Origin: Plasmodiophora brassicae
Lineage: Eukaryota
Reading direction: 5' to 3'
Length of the DNA stretch: 64,000 nt
NCBI GenBank assembly: GCA_036867785.1
Contig: CP145409.1
Coordinates: 1,178,001 to 1,242,000, forward strand
Part shown: piece by piece, positions 33,481-48,661 of the stretch
Position numbering within the stretch: position 1 is the stretch's first letter
Layout: every line of letters starts with the position of its first letter
The notes under the pieces: generated by a model
What the model was told of the DNA's origin: nothing
Databases searched by the model: none
What the model saw: the letters and a program-made list of their open reading frames with translations, nothing else
Translations under genes and position numbers: made by a program

Positions 33481-33858
33481 TCACTGTTCTCTCATGTCGC
33501 CAGTAGTGGCCGCCGATTCGTCATGCGCTGGCACGATGCGCGTCCTGCCGAGAGACAGCCTGTGGAAGCACCAGAACCACCTCTTGACGCTCGTTGGGGG
33601 AGGGACTTCGTCGATGACGGGAAGGTCGCCAACTGGCGCCGAGAACCGCCGCCGAGACACGGCATGTCGGGACGGAGACCCTGACGACGTCTTCTTTTGA
33701 CGATCCTCATCTCCTTCCTCGGCGTCGTCGTCTCGATCGAACGACGACAAGATATCACCAGGCGAGGCTATCCATTTATGGTAGAGGTGCCCGGCAGGTC
33801 GCTGGACTACGACCGCTGGAGACGCTGGATCCGCGGTGGCGTCCCCATCGTCTTGCAT
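33481..33858 (-). CDS. Small hypothetical protein with a WFWCF motif
   Basis: ORF only. Confidence 0.35.
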   Translation of the reverse strand: MQDDGDATADPASPAVVVQRPAGHLYHKWIASPGDILSSFDRDDDAEEGDEDRQKKTSSGSPSRHAVSRRRFSAPVGDLPVIDEVPPPTSVKRWFWCFHRLSLGRTRIVPAHDESAATTGDMREQ

Positions 33859-34103
33859 AACTTGAGGGCCGATGGAGGCACAGGCGGCCGTCGGTGAAAT
33901 GCCGAACCCGCGCGTAGGGTGGTACAAATTAGAGGAGCGCCTTGGTCAGCACAGTACCCCCAGTACATAAACTATTGTACATATCGTTAATAAATCACAC
34001 TGACCGTGGGTCTATGGGGTTGAGGCCGCGCCTTGCACTGAGCGGGTCGACTCAACGGGGCCAACACGATTATGGTTCGACATTGCAGCAGGTAGGAGCA
34101 AGG

Positions 34104-35346
34104 ATGTTCGCGTTCATCATCACCTGGATCACAAGGATCCTGATGGGCGTCGTGTTGATTGGCGTCATGGGGGCCATCCGTCAATGGCTGACGCGATCGA
34201 ACAAGGTCGCGAGCCTGACGGTCGGGTTCGGGAATTTGTTCGAACGCGGCGACGCCGTCGTCGAGGATCAATCCAGCGAAGACGATGACTCAGACAGCAT
34301 TGCTACGTCGCCGACACCTAAACCGGAGGTCAGCTCACCTACGATACCAACAACGACGAGTACACCGACAACAGCAGGTACCTGGTGGAGTGTCGCGCTT
34401 TGGTCCGATACATTCCCACAGGATATTTCTGCAGAGTCAGTGTCATCCCCGGCGACAAAGCAGGGACCTGTTCCGCACCCTGTCGTTGTGACGCCCGACC
34501 CGGTACCAGCGCCAGTGACGTTGGCGTCGTCGGCACCTGGCATTGACGACGGAAACGGGAGCGTCTTCCAGGCTTTAGGTACGTCCAGTTCGTGAGCAGA
34601 GTTCGGCGGAAGAGATTTACAGGGCCCGTTGCACAGTCATGCTGTGCACCCGGTCGAATCACCTGCCGCGCGATGCGTTGCATGACCTGGTTACCAGCGA
34701 GGCGAACTCCGGGTCGATCCAGGCGTTTCAGGAGGATATCCTGAGGACCCTGATCGACAACGGCGCCCAGGATCCCAAGGATCAACCCCGGCACCATGCC
34801 CCAACCATCGTCGGCCGCTCTTCTGCGCTTCGACAGGAATCCCCTTCAGTACGCAGTCGTTCAGCAGCGTCGTTAAGGCAGCGGCTGACCGCAGTCCAAC
34901 AGGCGAGAAAGAGGAGCGTGTCCGAGGAATCGTTACGCCTGCCGCGAGGCGCTGCCACTGATGACGAGTCCAGTACGGACGACGATATGCAAAGCGCCGC
35001 CGACCTAGACAAGGCGGTCAAGATCGGGGCGTCTTCCACATCGCTCCAAGATGCGATCCAAAGAATGACCGAATGGGATGCCGAATCCGATCACGAATGG
35101 CGTAAGCTCGTCGACGCGTGCCGCGACGCACGGTTCTCCACCCTCCGGCGCATTTGCAACGAGGTACGGGAAACGCATCGGCCAACCACGACACAGCACC
35201 TGTCCGACCGGTCTGCGTCCCAGATGGGTATCTCGCCCGACGATCCCGTCTACACCGACACACTCCGCCCCCACATCGAGCACATCAACGCCGGCGTTTC
35301 CACGGGCGTGCACAACCCGCCCGTTAATATCAACAAGCAAACGTAA
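34104..35346 (+). CDS. Hypothetical protein with an N-terminal TM segment (probable intron at about 34579-34623)
   Basis: MFAFIITWITRILMGVVLIGVMG hydrophobic start; two ORFs separated by a GT...AG gap. Confidence 0.55.
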
Positions 35347-35514
35347 CAGGAACGTACCGGGTTCCCGGGAAAGGCAGCCGCGCTTCGTGTATTCCGTTCC
35401 GTTTGAAGCGGAACCTGAGGACCTGCAAAAAAGGAGGTCGACAGGTGTCAGGTCCAACCGAAAGCAACGCCTTGAACGGGTGGCGTTTTTTTGGGGCGTT
35501 GATTCGGAATAGCG

Positions 35515-36408
35515 ATGGCGGCCATGATTGACCTGTCGTTCGTCGATGAGGAGGTCGGCGTATCAAGGATGGGCGCACCGGTGTGCAGCGGGGCTCCCGA
35601 CCTGTCGATCAGTGCGCTCATGATGCCGGTCGAGCCGCCGTCGGCGATCGTGCGCATGCAGGAGCGCGTGGAGGCGAAGGCGGACGGGCGGACGCCGACC
35701 GAGAGCCCGTTGGTCGGCAGGTCGCTGTCGGCGTACACGAATCCGCTGGTGAAGGACATGAAGTACGCTCACGGTACGACAACACTTGGGTTTGTGTTCA
35801 AAGGCGGCGTCCTGCTTGCCGTCGATTCGCGTGCGTCGATGGGGTCGTACATCGGGTCGCAGACAGTCAAGAAGGTGATCGAGATCAACGATCGCCTTCT
35901 GGGAACGATGGCAGGTGGTGCCGCTGACTGCTCCTATTGGGAGCGGCACCTGACGTTCAAGTGCCGCCTCTACCAGCTCCGCAACAACGAGCGTATCACT
36001 GTGGCTGCTGCGTCGAAGATGCTGTCTAACATATTCTACGCGTATCGGGGACGCGGTCTGTCCTGTGGCACGATGGTCGCTGGGTGGGATCAGCGTGGAC
36101 CGCAACTGTACTACATCGACGACGACGGGACGCGTCTGAAAGGGCAGAAGTTCTCGGTCGGCAGCGGTAGCACGTACGCGTACGGTGTCCTCGACACTCA
36201 CTACAAGTATGAATTGTCTCGTGAGGAGGCCATTGAGCTGGGCAAGCGCGCGATCTACCACGCCACTCATCGCGATGCGTACTCGGGCGGCACCATCAAC
36301 GTCTACGTCATCGAGGAGCAGGGCTGGACGAAGGTGTTCTCGAACGACATGAACACACTGCACTATGGGCAGTATGCGGCGGAGCGGAAGGCGAAGGGCC
36401 TGGCGTGA
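35515..36408 (+). CDS. PSMB5: 20S proteasome subunit beta 5
   Basis: HG/TTTLGF processing site, [32 protein letters not shown]. Confidence 0.97.
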   Translation: MAAMIDLSFVDEEVGVSRMGAPVCSGAPDLSISALMMPVEPPSAIVRMQERVEAKADGRTPTESPLVGRSLSAYTNPLVKDMKYAHGTTTLGFVFKGGVLLAVDSRASMGSYIGSQTVKKVIEINDRLLGTMAGGAADCSYWERHLTFKCRLYQLRNNERITVAAASKMLSNIFYAYRGRGLSCGTMVAGWDQRGPQLYYIDDDGTRLKGQKFSVGSGSTYAYGVLDTHYKYELSREEAIELGKRAIYHATHRDAYSGGTINVYVIEEQGWTKVFSNDMNTLHYGQYAAERKAKGLA

Positions 36409-36594
36409 TGTCCCCGCGTACCAATGATGACTATCCACGATACACTCGGCGTGCAACTGGAATTTGTATCCTGGATCTGGTGCCTGTGTTGGGGTGGCTT
36501 GCAAACATCACTGTCAAGTGACAGCGACCATAGCACGTCACACATTCCTGACTTCCATTGGTGGTCGCCGACCGACAGACGCGAACTGCTGGCA

Positions 36595-37222
36595 ATGGCC
36601 AAGTCCTTCTCTGCCAAGGCAACAAACAGTGTGCGCTTGCCTACGGCCGAAGAGTGTGACGTAAGCGTTACGATAGGCTCTATGCTTCTGCATCCTGCTG
36701 TTCATCGATGCGACATTGAACTCCCTGATTGGCCTATCGTCCAGCCTCATTAATGCGATTCTTTCGATGTCGGTCCGATTGCAACGTATGCGAAACGCTG
36801 AAGTGACGGTGGTGTTGTTCAGAGTGCAACTTGTTGCATTGGTAGTTGGCCTATTCCTTGTCTTCCTTCTCATGGGCGACACTATCCTCTTCGGCTACGG
36901 GCTGCTTGGTATCCTCTGTTCACAGATGAAGCCAATCTTCGTTGCCATGCCCGTCTACATTACCGTTACGATCCCGCTGAGAGTCCTGACCATGATCAAC
37001 GGGTTCACAGGGCAGGCACCACAGGAGAACTGGAAGTCGGACATCTTCACGGCACTGTTCTACGTCCAGGGCTGTGGTACACAGGAGTTCGATGAACCGG
37101 TAGCGCATGAGACTCAAATGTCTGGTGTAGTGGCTCTAGCCTATTACATTGTCGCGTTGCACACGTTATTTCGACTCGCCGACCCGAAACTCTACAACGT
37201 CGACGAAGGATGGATAAAGTGA
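36595..37222 (+). CDS. TMEM138: TMEM138-like ciliary membrane protein (exons approximate)
   Basis: Multi-TM pattern DT..F.YGLLG.L, W...F.ALF.VQ, YY....RLADP.LY. Confidence 0.7.
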
Positions 37223-37262
37223 CTGACGATGTCTTGGTCTGGTTAAGGGAACCAGTGTCAGT

Positions 37263-38890
<1,628 letters not shown>

Positions 38891-39573
38891 GACGGCCGCA
38901 GATCTTTGTCGCGAGCGGCGCACTTTGCCGCGTGGCAGCCGCCCCCACTCTCCCGCCGCCGCGGCTCGCCGTTGTTGACGCGGTCGACGCGTTGTCGACA
39001 GGCGATGCTGACGCGCCGGGCTGGGTGCCGCTACCTACCTACTGTAGGTGGCCGCCGCCGCCGCCGCCGGCCTGGCGTGCTACCGCGACTCAAAACATGA
39101 GGAGACCAGCCCCTGGGACGACAGGCTGGCTTGATAGAGCGGGTCGATTCATTGCCATGAGGTAGCGCGACGCTGCGGCACGTTCGATCGCGACGACGAA
39201 CTGTGGACCACCATCGTTCCGATGGCGTGGAACGAGGTGGCTGTCTTTGCTTGGGAACGGCGCTGCCCTGTTACCGGGAGGCCGAGACCTGCTTGGGCTG
39301 CTCGCTCGACCACCAGTCTGCATTTCCCGTTTGGGCGATTGCGATGGCAGTAATAGCGCATCGCACAACGATTGCCGGCTCGACAGTACAAACCCAGTAC
39401 TGTTGTCCATTGCTACAAATCCGACCTTGGTACCACGTCGTTCTAGAATCGCCTGGAATATCAGGGCTGCCGAGCATCACTTGCACTGGCGCCCGAATCC
39501 GAATCCGTCGCAGAACCAAAAATAATATCTGGCGCGGCGGATCTTCGGGGGGGCGAACTGCGAAGCCGCCCCA

Positions 39574-40743
39574 ATGCAAGTCCAGGTGTGCTCGGACCTG
39601 CATTTAGAGGTGTGGCGCGGGACCAGCTGGCCGCGCGTATGCCCACCTGCTCTCGAAACGGGTGCCGTTTTCTGATGGCCGCGGCTAGAAATTGGTGTGG
39701 GAGCTGATGATCAAGCCGGCGGCGCCGTATCTCGCGCTGGTCGGCGACATTACGACCCCCGGCATCTTCCGGATCGTCGGCGCCGAGTCCGATGTCGATA
39801 ACCTGGCCGCCTTCTTGCGTTGGCTGTCCCGCCGATTCGTCAGAGTCTTCTTCGTCAGTTGCCCTTTGCGCGCTTGACGATACTGACGGGCCCGTTCGGA
39901 ACCGACTTAACGTGTCCTCGCCCAGGTCATTGGCAATCACGAACTGTTCAGCAAGTCGAGAAGGTACCCATCGCTACCGGGGCAGAGTGCGTCGGCGATC
40001 TTGAAGATCATCAGCGACATTTGCGATTCGATTCCTGGCGTTGAGCTGCTCAACAGACGAAGCGTGGTTGTGGATAACGTTCGCGTTATCGGTGCAACAC
40101 TCTGGTCCGATATCGATGTCGACTCGCAGCCGATCGTGGCCCTCGTCGAAAACTCCATTGGCGATTACCATCGCATATTCGTCGAGAAAGATGACGGCGA
40201 GTTGCGGTTGCTGAAGGTCTCCGATACGGTCGAGTGGCACCGTCAAGATGCTGCCTTCATTCAAGAGGAGTTGTACGAGGCCGAACGTCTTGGACAGCGC
40301 TCGTTAGTTCTAACACGTAAGGTTTGCATTGCCTGGTGGTGCCAGATGTGGTCATTATTGACGGAACCATGAGATCACGCGCCATGGCGAGCAGGCACCT
40401 GCAAGCCCGAATTCGCCAACTCGCAGCTCAACTGGTAAGGAGCCCCTGCGAAGACGCGTCTCGGGGAATGCCTGATTGCCGTTACAGCGCATTCGCGTCC
40501 GATATCAGATTCCTGGACCTCGGGACAGTCCATACGGCCTGGGTCCATGGGCATACCCACTGGAACTCTAGACAAATCATCGGCGGGTCCGTCATCGTCT
40601 CGAATCAGGTGCTTCCGGATCCACGTGAGGAAAGCGCGACTTCTTCTGACTGCTGTTCCTAGCTCGGCTACAAACGGAGAACGGAGTGCGACATTGAGGA
40701 CTGTGGACTCGCGTATGAGCCAGACTACGTCATCTCTATATAG
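39574..40743 (+). CDS. Calcineurin-like metallophosphoesterase, multi-exon
   Basis: SDLHLE, LVGDI, GNHE, GATLWS, HAP, WVHGHTH, SNQ/LGY. Confidence 0.88.
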
Positions 40744-40992
40744 CATACGAACTTTACACGCTGAAAGCACTCCTGTACTGCGTCGTGGCCGGGATGACAG
40801 TCGCAGTCTGTGTCGCGAGAGACTCGGACGAATGACATGGACAATCTGTCCCCCTAACATGAGCCGCAGACGTCCGCTGTGTTGACGATCCGTCTCCCAA
40901 TGTATTAGGCGCGTGAAAGAGCCCTCTGGCCATATCATGGCACATCTGAGTGCGATATTCGGTCAGATCATGCCGTACGTCGGTCGCTAAGC

Positions 40993-42929
40993 ATGGATAC
41001 GCCAGGATCGGCTGCACGAGACGACCAAGGCCACCTGAGGTCCGCGTCCTCTGCCTCGAACGCGTTCCGGCTCCGACCACTAGGGGAAGTTGCCCCGGCA
41101 AACGATGATGCGGGGTCGGCACCTCAACCGGGCCACCGACGCCGCACTCGAAGGTCGTCGTCGGTGTTCGACCTCGCGTCAGTCGCGTCTAGCACGATAC
41201 CGGCGTATCGCCTACAGGGAGACCTAGCAATGTACACACCCATTGCCATGGAACGACGTGCACAGCTTGCCGCCAACCAGACCGTCATCACCTGCATTGA
41301 CCTCATCTGGGGCGTCCTCCTGCAATGCCTCCCAGACAAGACGTCTTCCTCGTTAGGTGCGCACTGCGACACGATGCGCACCGTCAACCGGGCTCCCTGA
41401 TCCCACATTGGTTGCTAGATCCCATAGAGGCCACGGTTTCGTTCGATGGCTACGCCGGTCTGCATGTTCGTATCTGCAAGGCGCTGCTAAGAGACTACAC
41501 GGAAGAGTTGGCGTACCGGCTAAGCTGCCGTGATTGGAAGCACGACGTCGGGTTGGCCGAGTCGATGTCCAGGGCGGAATTTCGCCGGTCCATGTTCGAG
41601 ATTGTCGACCAGTGGACGCCGCGGGTCGACCTGCACGACTACATTGATTTCCTCGTCGAGCTGCTCACAAGGATCGCGGAACCTGCCGACGGTGCCGATC
41701 TGGATGAGATCCTGAACGGAATCATGGCCGCGCTGTTTGAGAACGACACACCGGGAAGCCTACCTGCGATACCCAAGATGAAACTACGTGACGTGGACGC
41801 GATATCGTCGATGCAGAGAGACCCGGCTGGACAATGGACACCAAAGACGCCAGGAGCGGCTGGAATCGACAAGCTTCTGGCCCAGGCGACGCCGGCACAT
41901 CTGGGAGAACTCGGTCGTGCCGCCATCGACAACGATCACAGGCGAGAGGCCATGATGCTGGCTGAGAAGGATCCGTCAGCCATTGCGGAGCTGTTACGAA
42001 CCGGGCGCCTGACCGCGCAGGACTTGTCGGATCTCCTGTTCGTTTCACATGCGTAACCCCGGGAGCGCTCGACAGCACTGATTCGTGCTGACAGGGCTCG
42101 TGGTGCCATCACCAAAGACCAGCTGATGGGGCTGCTGCTCCTGTCCTCTGGCGACGATACGTTGCTGGCCGCAATCGAGACGGCCCTATCTGGTAACCAT
42201 TCGGCAGAGATGTCGACCATTCGGGACCAGGTTACCGCCCAACGTCGAACGACGTTGATGTCTTTATCAACTTCCAATACCGGAAGCACGCGCCCGGCCG
42301 ACAATGAAGACGAGGAGGACGGCCTTGTTAACGCGTGGAACCCGGACGATGACGGGAAACCGGTGGTGACGGTCGGAGAAGGCACCACTTCTGGCCTGCG
42401 GCAACTCAGCAGAAGCAGTACGCGTCGTTCCAGCAGAGGGGTATTGGCGCCCAAGAGAAGCCAGTCATCCAGTGGCAGGCAATCCATAACGAGCCCAACT
42501 TTGGCGACCCCTGCACGTCGTCCTGGACGACGAATTCAGCATCGGACACCTCGGGTCAAGGGCACTGACCCGGTAATGTGTTCCAGGCTGTTAGGGTGCC
42601 CGACGGGACAAGAGATTGACAGGCGCGTGAAACTCGAACCACATCCAGCGGCTGCATCCGCATTGAAGTGGCGTCTGTATCGGCGGTTGGTGACCAAGGC
42701 GGAACTGAGCAGGCTGGTTCGGGAGGCTCCCTCAGTGACAGGCGCTGATGCAATCGTGTGGGATGTGGGCGCCATTGGAATCGACCGGCTGCGCGCTGGC
42801 GGATCTTTCGCCTGGATAAAGCGATGTCCTCCTGCTGCATCACGACACTTGCGACCATCGAGAACCCTGCCGGTTCTGCCCCCGTATCGGGACCCGCCTC
42901 TGTGGAAGGCAATCTTTAGTAAACCGTAA
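40993..42929 (+). CDS. Hypothetical protein with an EF-hand-like region, multi-exon
   Basis: LHVRICKAL..RDWKHD..FRRSMFEIVDQWT segment; consecutive ORFs linked by short intron-like gaps. Confidence 0.55.
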
Positions 42930-43124
42930 CGTCCGTAAAACAAAGGTTATCTTCACGCGGGACTGTTCCTGCCGGTAACTAGCCGTTGACCAAGACCGCA
43001 GTTGACACTGTTCTATCTGGAGCAGGACACCGCGCTATGCTCTGCTGACCGCGGGCGCTAAAATATATTGTACTTACCGTCATTTGCTTCAGGTAGTTTG
43101 CTAATCGCGGTTCAGGCAATTATG

Positions 43125-44063
43125 TTACGTCGTGTACTCAGAAAATGAGGTGTGCCCCGTTGTTTTCGCATGCTGTAATGCGTCCGCCTGTCCGGTTAAC
43201 CCTTTGCGGCAGACGTCACACCGGAGCTGGAACCCATTCACATCGGTGAATTCGGAGGCGGCGTGAGCAAGTGCAGCAAACTCCCTCGCCATGCGTTCGA
43301 CGGTCTCGTCTTGCGATGAGAAGACGGCTCTGGTCATGGGATCTTCCAGGACATCGTAGTGGATACCGTCGTACAGAAGGTATACCCTCTCGCTACCCTG
43401 CCCGTAACAGTGCAATTGCATCGTTCGAACGTCGACGGCCACGAGTTGCAGGCCTGTGATCTTACTCAGGACGACGAGCTCGACTTCACCTCCCCAACTG
43501 TCCGGCCTGGTGATCCAGTTGCAATACTCGTCGGCGGGCTTGCCCAGTAGCGCGTCTGGGAATTCCGATGGGTTCGAAAGGATCTCGTCCGCAACGGCAC
43601 GCCGTAAGTCTTCAATAGTGGTCTGCGCTGTTGGGGTTCTCCTTTGCAGCGCATAGCTAATTGTTTGAAGTTAAACCATGAAATCCGCCCCTATGAACAA
43701 TCGTACCGAACGGCATGGAACATGCAGCTGTTATCGCTAGGGATCTCATGCTTGCACAATCCGCTGGCCTTCTGTTCTTCAGTAATTTCCGCTGTAAACC
43801 TGAGGAGTCGTTCATCAGAAGCGATACGCCCGAAGAACGATGTCAAGCGTGGACACCGACGTGTCCCCAGATCGGATATTAGGACAGTCTCCTAGCCGGG
43901 CAGATAGCGGCGCCGTCAGCGGCTTCGGCGGGTACATCCCGTGCAGGACCCGAACCGGGCGCCCGACGATACCGGTGATCCGATCGACAAGCGCCCCGAC
44001 CGTCTCATCCTCCCGCAGCTCGACGACCTGCGTCCCCGCCGGATACCGGCACCGAAATCGCAT
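43125..44063 (-). CDS. OTU1: OTU1/YOD1 deubiquitinase, multi-exon
   Basis: Ubiquitin-like N-terminus, IPSDNSCMFHA, WGGEVEL, LLYDGIHYD, C2H2 zinc finger LRCDVC..HAKTTGH. Confidence 0.92.
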
Positions 44064-44228
44064 TTGCCGCCCGACACCATTTTCAGCACTGGCCCCGCCT
44101 CGGACGGCTGCCGGTCGACGCTGTCCCGTCGTGAACCTCGCTTTAACGAAACCTGACGCCGCCGGTTTGAAATTGAAACGACAGGGCAGAGTCGCCAGAG
44201 TCGCGGACAAACGCGATAACGCCGGTCG

Positions 44229-47200
44229 ATGGCGTTCGTGTGGGATACGGATGTGCCCGTAGCCGATGTGTGCCGATGGCTGGCCGGAGACGGGGTCCAG
44301 TTTGGGGACGATACAGAGCGATGCGCGGTGGCGCGCGCGCTCGCGGCTGACCTGCATGAGGAGTGGCTGCGTCTGGCGTCGTTGTGGCAGAAGGCGCCGG
44401 TCGTGCGCGCCGAGCGGCACCCAGCGCGGGAACCCCCAGGGCACCAGATTCGGATAACGCCGACGCCCGTTGTTGCACAAGGTCAAACGTCGTCGCCGCC
44501 TGCGTTCCGGCCAATGCAGGAATCGTCACCGAACATGCTGCGTAAGGTGCCGTCGAACGAAATTCGCCGACAGGTTCGACTAGAATCGGCAACGGCCTGG
44601 GCGCATCAGCGCAAGTCATCACCACCCGTTAGGTTGGACGACGACGTACGGTCATCCAGGTCAGTAGGATCTGTACCGCTGTCACGTGGGCATCGTCCTG
44701 ACAACCGTTGCGGTTTGCAGTAGCGGATCAAGCCCAGCGCGGGCGATGAACCAACCAACACGAAACGAGGTCGTGGTACGACTAGCGAACATATTTAGCA
44801 CAATCGTCATGTCGAGGCTGGTGCCGCATGTGCTGCTGGAAGTGCGTTTTCTCGTCGATCTGCTGCTGGCGCCGCGTCGCGACCGTTTTCCTGTACAATG
44901 TCCTGATAACCGGCTCTTTAACAGCACCGACGACTGCCTACTGTTCTCTGGTCGCGCGTTGGACACCCTCGCTGGAATCATTTCGCACCTTGGTGAGAAG
45001 CTGACGACGCTTCTGGTGAATTGCGATGCCGCGAAAGCCCACTGTCCAAAGCTGGTGACGGAGCTAGCGAAAATGCCAACAGCTGAGCGGACGAACGACT
45101 TCAACGAAGACGACCTACTTGGTGTTGATGAGACATTCAGACGTAAGAAACGCCTGTTCGTGCTGCTCTCGTTATAACGTACAGTAATGAGTGAACCCGC
45201 TTGTAGCATCCCTTGATTCCCGACGTATGTTCAAGACTCCTGCCCAAATGCGACTATATACCAATCGAGAGCAGACGAGAGACCTGTTTATGGAGGCACT
45301 CACGGTCAGTGGTCACATGGAACAGTTGATGATGAGGGCTAAAACTGCAATAGAGCTATCGAGGTTCGCTTGGCGATCGATCAGATGTCCGTCAGATAAT
45401 TGACAACTGCGCTCCTCCAAACTATCATTTCCTTGCCGGGTAACCCCAGGGTTCGTGCGCACTGAGTCGAACCTGTTTGACACCCGTTACATAGGTTGTT
45501 TGTGAACCAGCTCATTCAGCAATGTTGGAACGACCGGTCCTGGCTTCCTAACAAGGCAGTCGCATCATCTGATCCGGAGAAGCTTCGTAAAATGCAACGA
45601 TTAGCAAGGCGGGTTTCAGCGCCGTCCGCCGTCTTGACGGCCGCTGCCAAAAGTGTCCCCTTGGATTCGGATTCGGACACAGCGACTGAATCGAGGTTCA
45701 CCGGGGCAGAGAAATTCTTCTTCCGCCTTCTTCGGGATTCCGATCATCACCGTTTCTCACAGCTTGTTCGAGCCCATCTCGCGAACAAGGTAGCGTCTCT
45801 TAGGGCTACTGAGGATGGTCGAACAGCTCGTATCGTCAAACTTATGACATTGGGCAAGTTTCTCGGTTTCATCACGTTCTCCCCTTTCTGGGTGGTTGAT
45901 GAACTTCAAAGCCCGAATGCTGTCAAGGAAACATCACAGATTTTGCAATCATCCCGAATTGGCCCGTTCAGCTTAAATCAAATTCTTCGAAACGCGTTGC
46001 AACGTGGTGCTCTTAGCCTGCTGACGAATGTGCCATGGATATGTGAAATGTTGAAGATGTCTAGCGAGGCCTCCCGCGCAACATCAGGTTTGCATTTGGT
46101 GTGTTTGTATGGTTGCCAGTTCTGATTACCTGTTTTCAGAGATACAAGAGGCGGTGTCCCTGCTGAGACAAGTTCCGCGCCAGTTCAACTCCTCCGTTGG
46201 CGCTTGTGTGTCTGTTGCTATCGAAGAACTGTTTCTGACGCTCCGGTTGAACTTGGAGCCCTCGACGTCCATCGTTGATGATATCGAGGACCGACACAAG
46301 CGGGATCGCATTCTGTTTGCAGCGTCACCCCATCTCGAGCAGGCCTTAGCGGCTTTGCGGAAGTCCTCCTCGAGCGCTGTCACTGCCGCACCTACAAGAA
46401 TGATTACGCCATCACGTAACGTCGTAGCGCCGTCTTCCGTTACAACGACTCTGCGTAGCGCGTTCTTCACCTGCAATTCTGAACTGGCATCGCTTGTCCC
46501 ACTGATTCTCGATCGCGTCGTCCCGAACGCCGTCGAGCTGGCCATCAGGTCTGCATGCGACAGCGCCGTTCGTTTGTTCGCAGTGCGAAATTCGGATGAT
46601 CAGGTCGAAGAGAGGCGCGAAGACGCGCTCCTAGCTGCGACTCGAGATGCCATGTCCATGTCTCTGTCAAGTTGCAAGGAACGAATTCCATTGGCGATCG
46701 ATGCACTTGCACCAAGGACTGCCCGGGCCCCAGTGGATTCCAAGGTTGCCGAGCATGCCAAAGCTCTAGCTATTTCTCATGCTGCGGACAGGGTGTCTGA
46801 TCTCGTCAAGAACCGTCTTCCCGAAGCGTTTGATGACCTCTGGGATTCTTCTGTCAAGCGCCTTAGCCGTCCTCCCAGCAGCACCGACCAGATCAGATCG
46901 CCAAGAGCGACCCGTTTGAAGCACAGCTTCTGCTCCAGCAGTATTCTGGCGCTGTTCACATCGTTCGCTCAGCAAGCGCACATCGAAGATTGCTCTCAAA
47001 TCATAGGCGCGGTTCGTTCTGTTTCCCGCCCCGACGTCCCTCAACTGCTGTCTTCGCTGGCCCATCCGTCGCTGCTGCATCTCCCATCGTGGCCTACCGT
47101 TTTCGTCACTGTCATCACCGATGTTCCCATCTCCCCGTGTCTCGTTGAATCCGTTCTTATCAAGGTCGTCAACAGTGAGACTGAGCGCCAGATCGTTCGT

Positions 47201-47487
47201 TTCGTGGAATTGTACCTTCTGCGACTTGACGAAGGTTTTCGGCTACACTTTCTGAACCTCCTGAGCCGCTGCTCTAGCCTGGAGGCCAAATCCGTCCTAA
47301 CTGACGTATGTTGTGTCGCAACTGCTTTCTGAACGCAGGTCAACTGTCTTCCAACGACGTTCTCGTTACCTACAAAGAATGGCAGGACGGTAAGCACAGG
47401 CGATGACGGGCGATGTTCGACTACGAGGACGAAAACGAGACCAATGTCGAATGCTTTGACTACCTACCGTACCTACACAGTCTATAG
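44229..47487 (+). CDS. Codanin-1-like protein, multi-exon (ends approximate)
   Basis: FFFRLL..SD..F, LGKFLGFITF, VPWICEML and LRSAFF motifs resemble CDAN1. Confidence 0.65.
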
Positions 47488-47664
47488 GTAGTCATATGGA
47501 TATATAACGATTTGTTTACCTAGATCCATAGCATCACAGGGGTTCTACCTACATAGTTCGCGTTGCATCGTTCCGCCAGGTTCCAGTTCGATTACGCACG
47601 TAGCTTTACGTCAAGATGTGAGGTCGGGTTTCGGGGCCACAGAATTGTTCCTTGGTTGGAGGAC

Positions 47665-48168
47665 TCATGGCTGGTTTACGATGGCGGCGAAGGCCCCGAT
47701 CAGGAAAGCGATCCAGACACTCAGGAACGGCGATGACAACAATCCGGAGCTGAGGACGGCAACGGACGCCAATGCAATAGCCCAGCGTTTCGCTGGCCCT
47801 AGATCGCCGGGAGGTTTCGCGGTCGGTGCGGCAGATTCCGCCACCGGGACCGTCATGACGGGCACGACCGTCTGCCCGGATTTATGCAGCATGTCATTCT
47901 TGGCCTCGACGAGTAATTTCGCAGCACCGTCCTCGACCATCTGCGAGCACTTGGCCTGGAGCGTGAGGGACGACAACGACGGGACGCTGCCGGTACGGGG
48001 CGACACGGACACCCACTCGGGCACGTTGGTCTTCACTGCGAACGACAGCTCGTGCAGGTACGGGTTCGTCACGCGGACGCTCCCCGTCCATACACCGGCG
48101 GAATCCTGCTGCAACCGCAGCTCCTTGGGCTCAACCAGCACCGGCACGACATCGCCCGACACCGTCAT
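47665..48168 (-). CDS. MSP (VAP-like) domain protein with a C-terminal TM region
   Basis: VTNPY..LSFAVKTN.P..VSVSPRTG; hydrophobic C-terminus. Confidence 0.7.
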   Translation of the reverse strand: MTVSGDVVPVLVEPKELRLQQDSAGVWTGSVRVTNPYLHELSFAVKTNVPEWVSVSPRTGSVPSLSSLTLQAKCSQMVEDGAAKLLVEAKNDMLHKSGQTVVPVMTVPVAESAAPTAKPPGDLGPAKRWAIALASVAVLSSGLLSSPFLSVWIAFLIGAFAAIVNQP

Positions 48169-48182
48169 TATTTGCGCAAAAT

Positions 48183-48627
48183 GGCCCCCACACCCCAGGT
48201 CGCCATGCAGTTCAGGCGCGCCGTCCTGCCGCCTGTCTGGACGCCATCGTCATTAACACCCACCTCGACGATGTGTCGTCCGAGGCGCGCCTCGATGGCA
48301 TCAACCGCGTCCCGACATTCCTGTGCACCATGAACAAGGAAGGACTGCCCGTGATCCTGACCGGGGACTTCAACAATGACAGCGAAGAAGCAACCGAGGT
48401 CGAAGCCGTCAAGCGGCACCACCTACTGGATACGTTCCGCGTCGTGCACCCTGACGCGTTCGCGTACTCGTATCACGCGTTCAGGGGCAGGCCCGAATCC
48501 TGCAAGGCCGGCTTCGTGTTCGTGTCGCCCGACGTGCGCGTCGGGGGACGCCAGCATCGACCGTGCCAAGCATCACAACGGGTACCCTTCCGACCACTTC
48601 CCGGTGACCGCCATCGTCGACATCTGA
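48183..48627 (+). pseudogene. 5'-truncated, frameshifted endonuclease/exonuclease/phosphatase (EEP) gene
   Basis: NTHLD, VILTGDFN and PSDHFPV are present. There is one extra G in a G5 run at about 48543-48547, the IDY motif is degraded and the N-terminal half is missing. Confidence 0.75.
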
Positions 48628-48661
48628 CCTGTAGTATGTATATATTCAATGGTCTACGCTG

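Noticed and set aside
36424-36551. ATGATGA...CTGA as a snoRNA downstream of the proteasome gene
   Set aside because: The boxes are far apart, with no recognisable rRNA guide or terminal stem.
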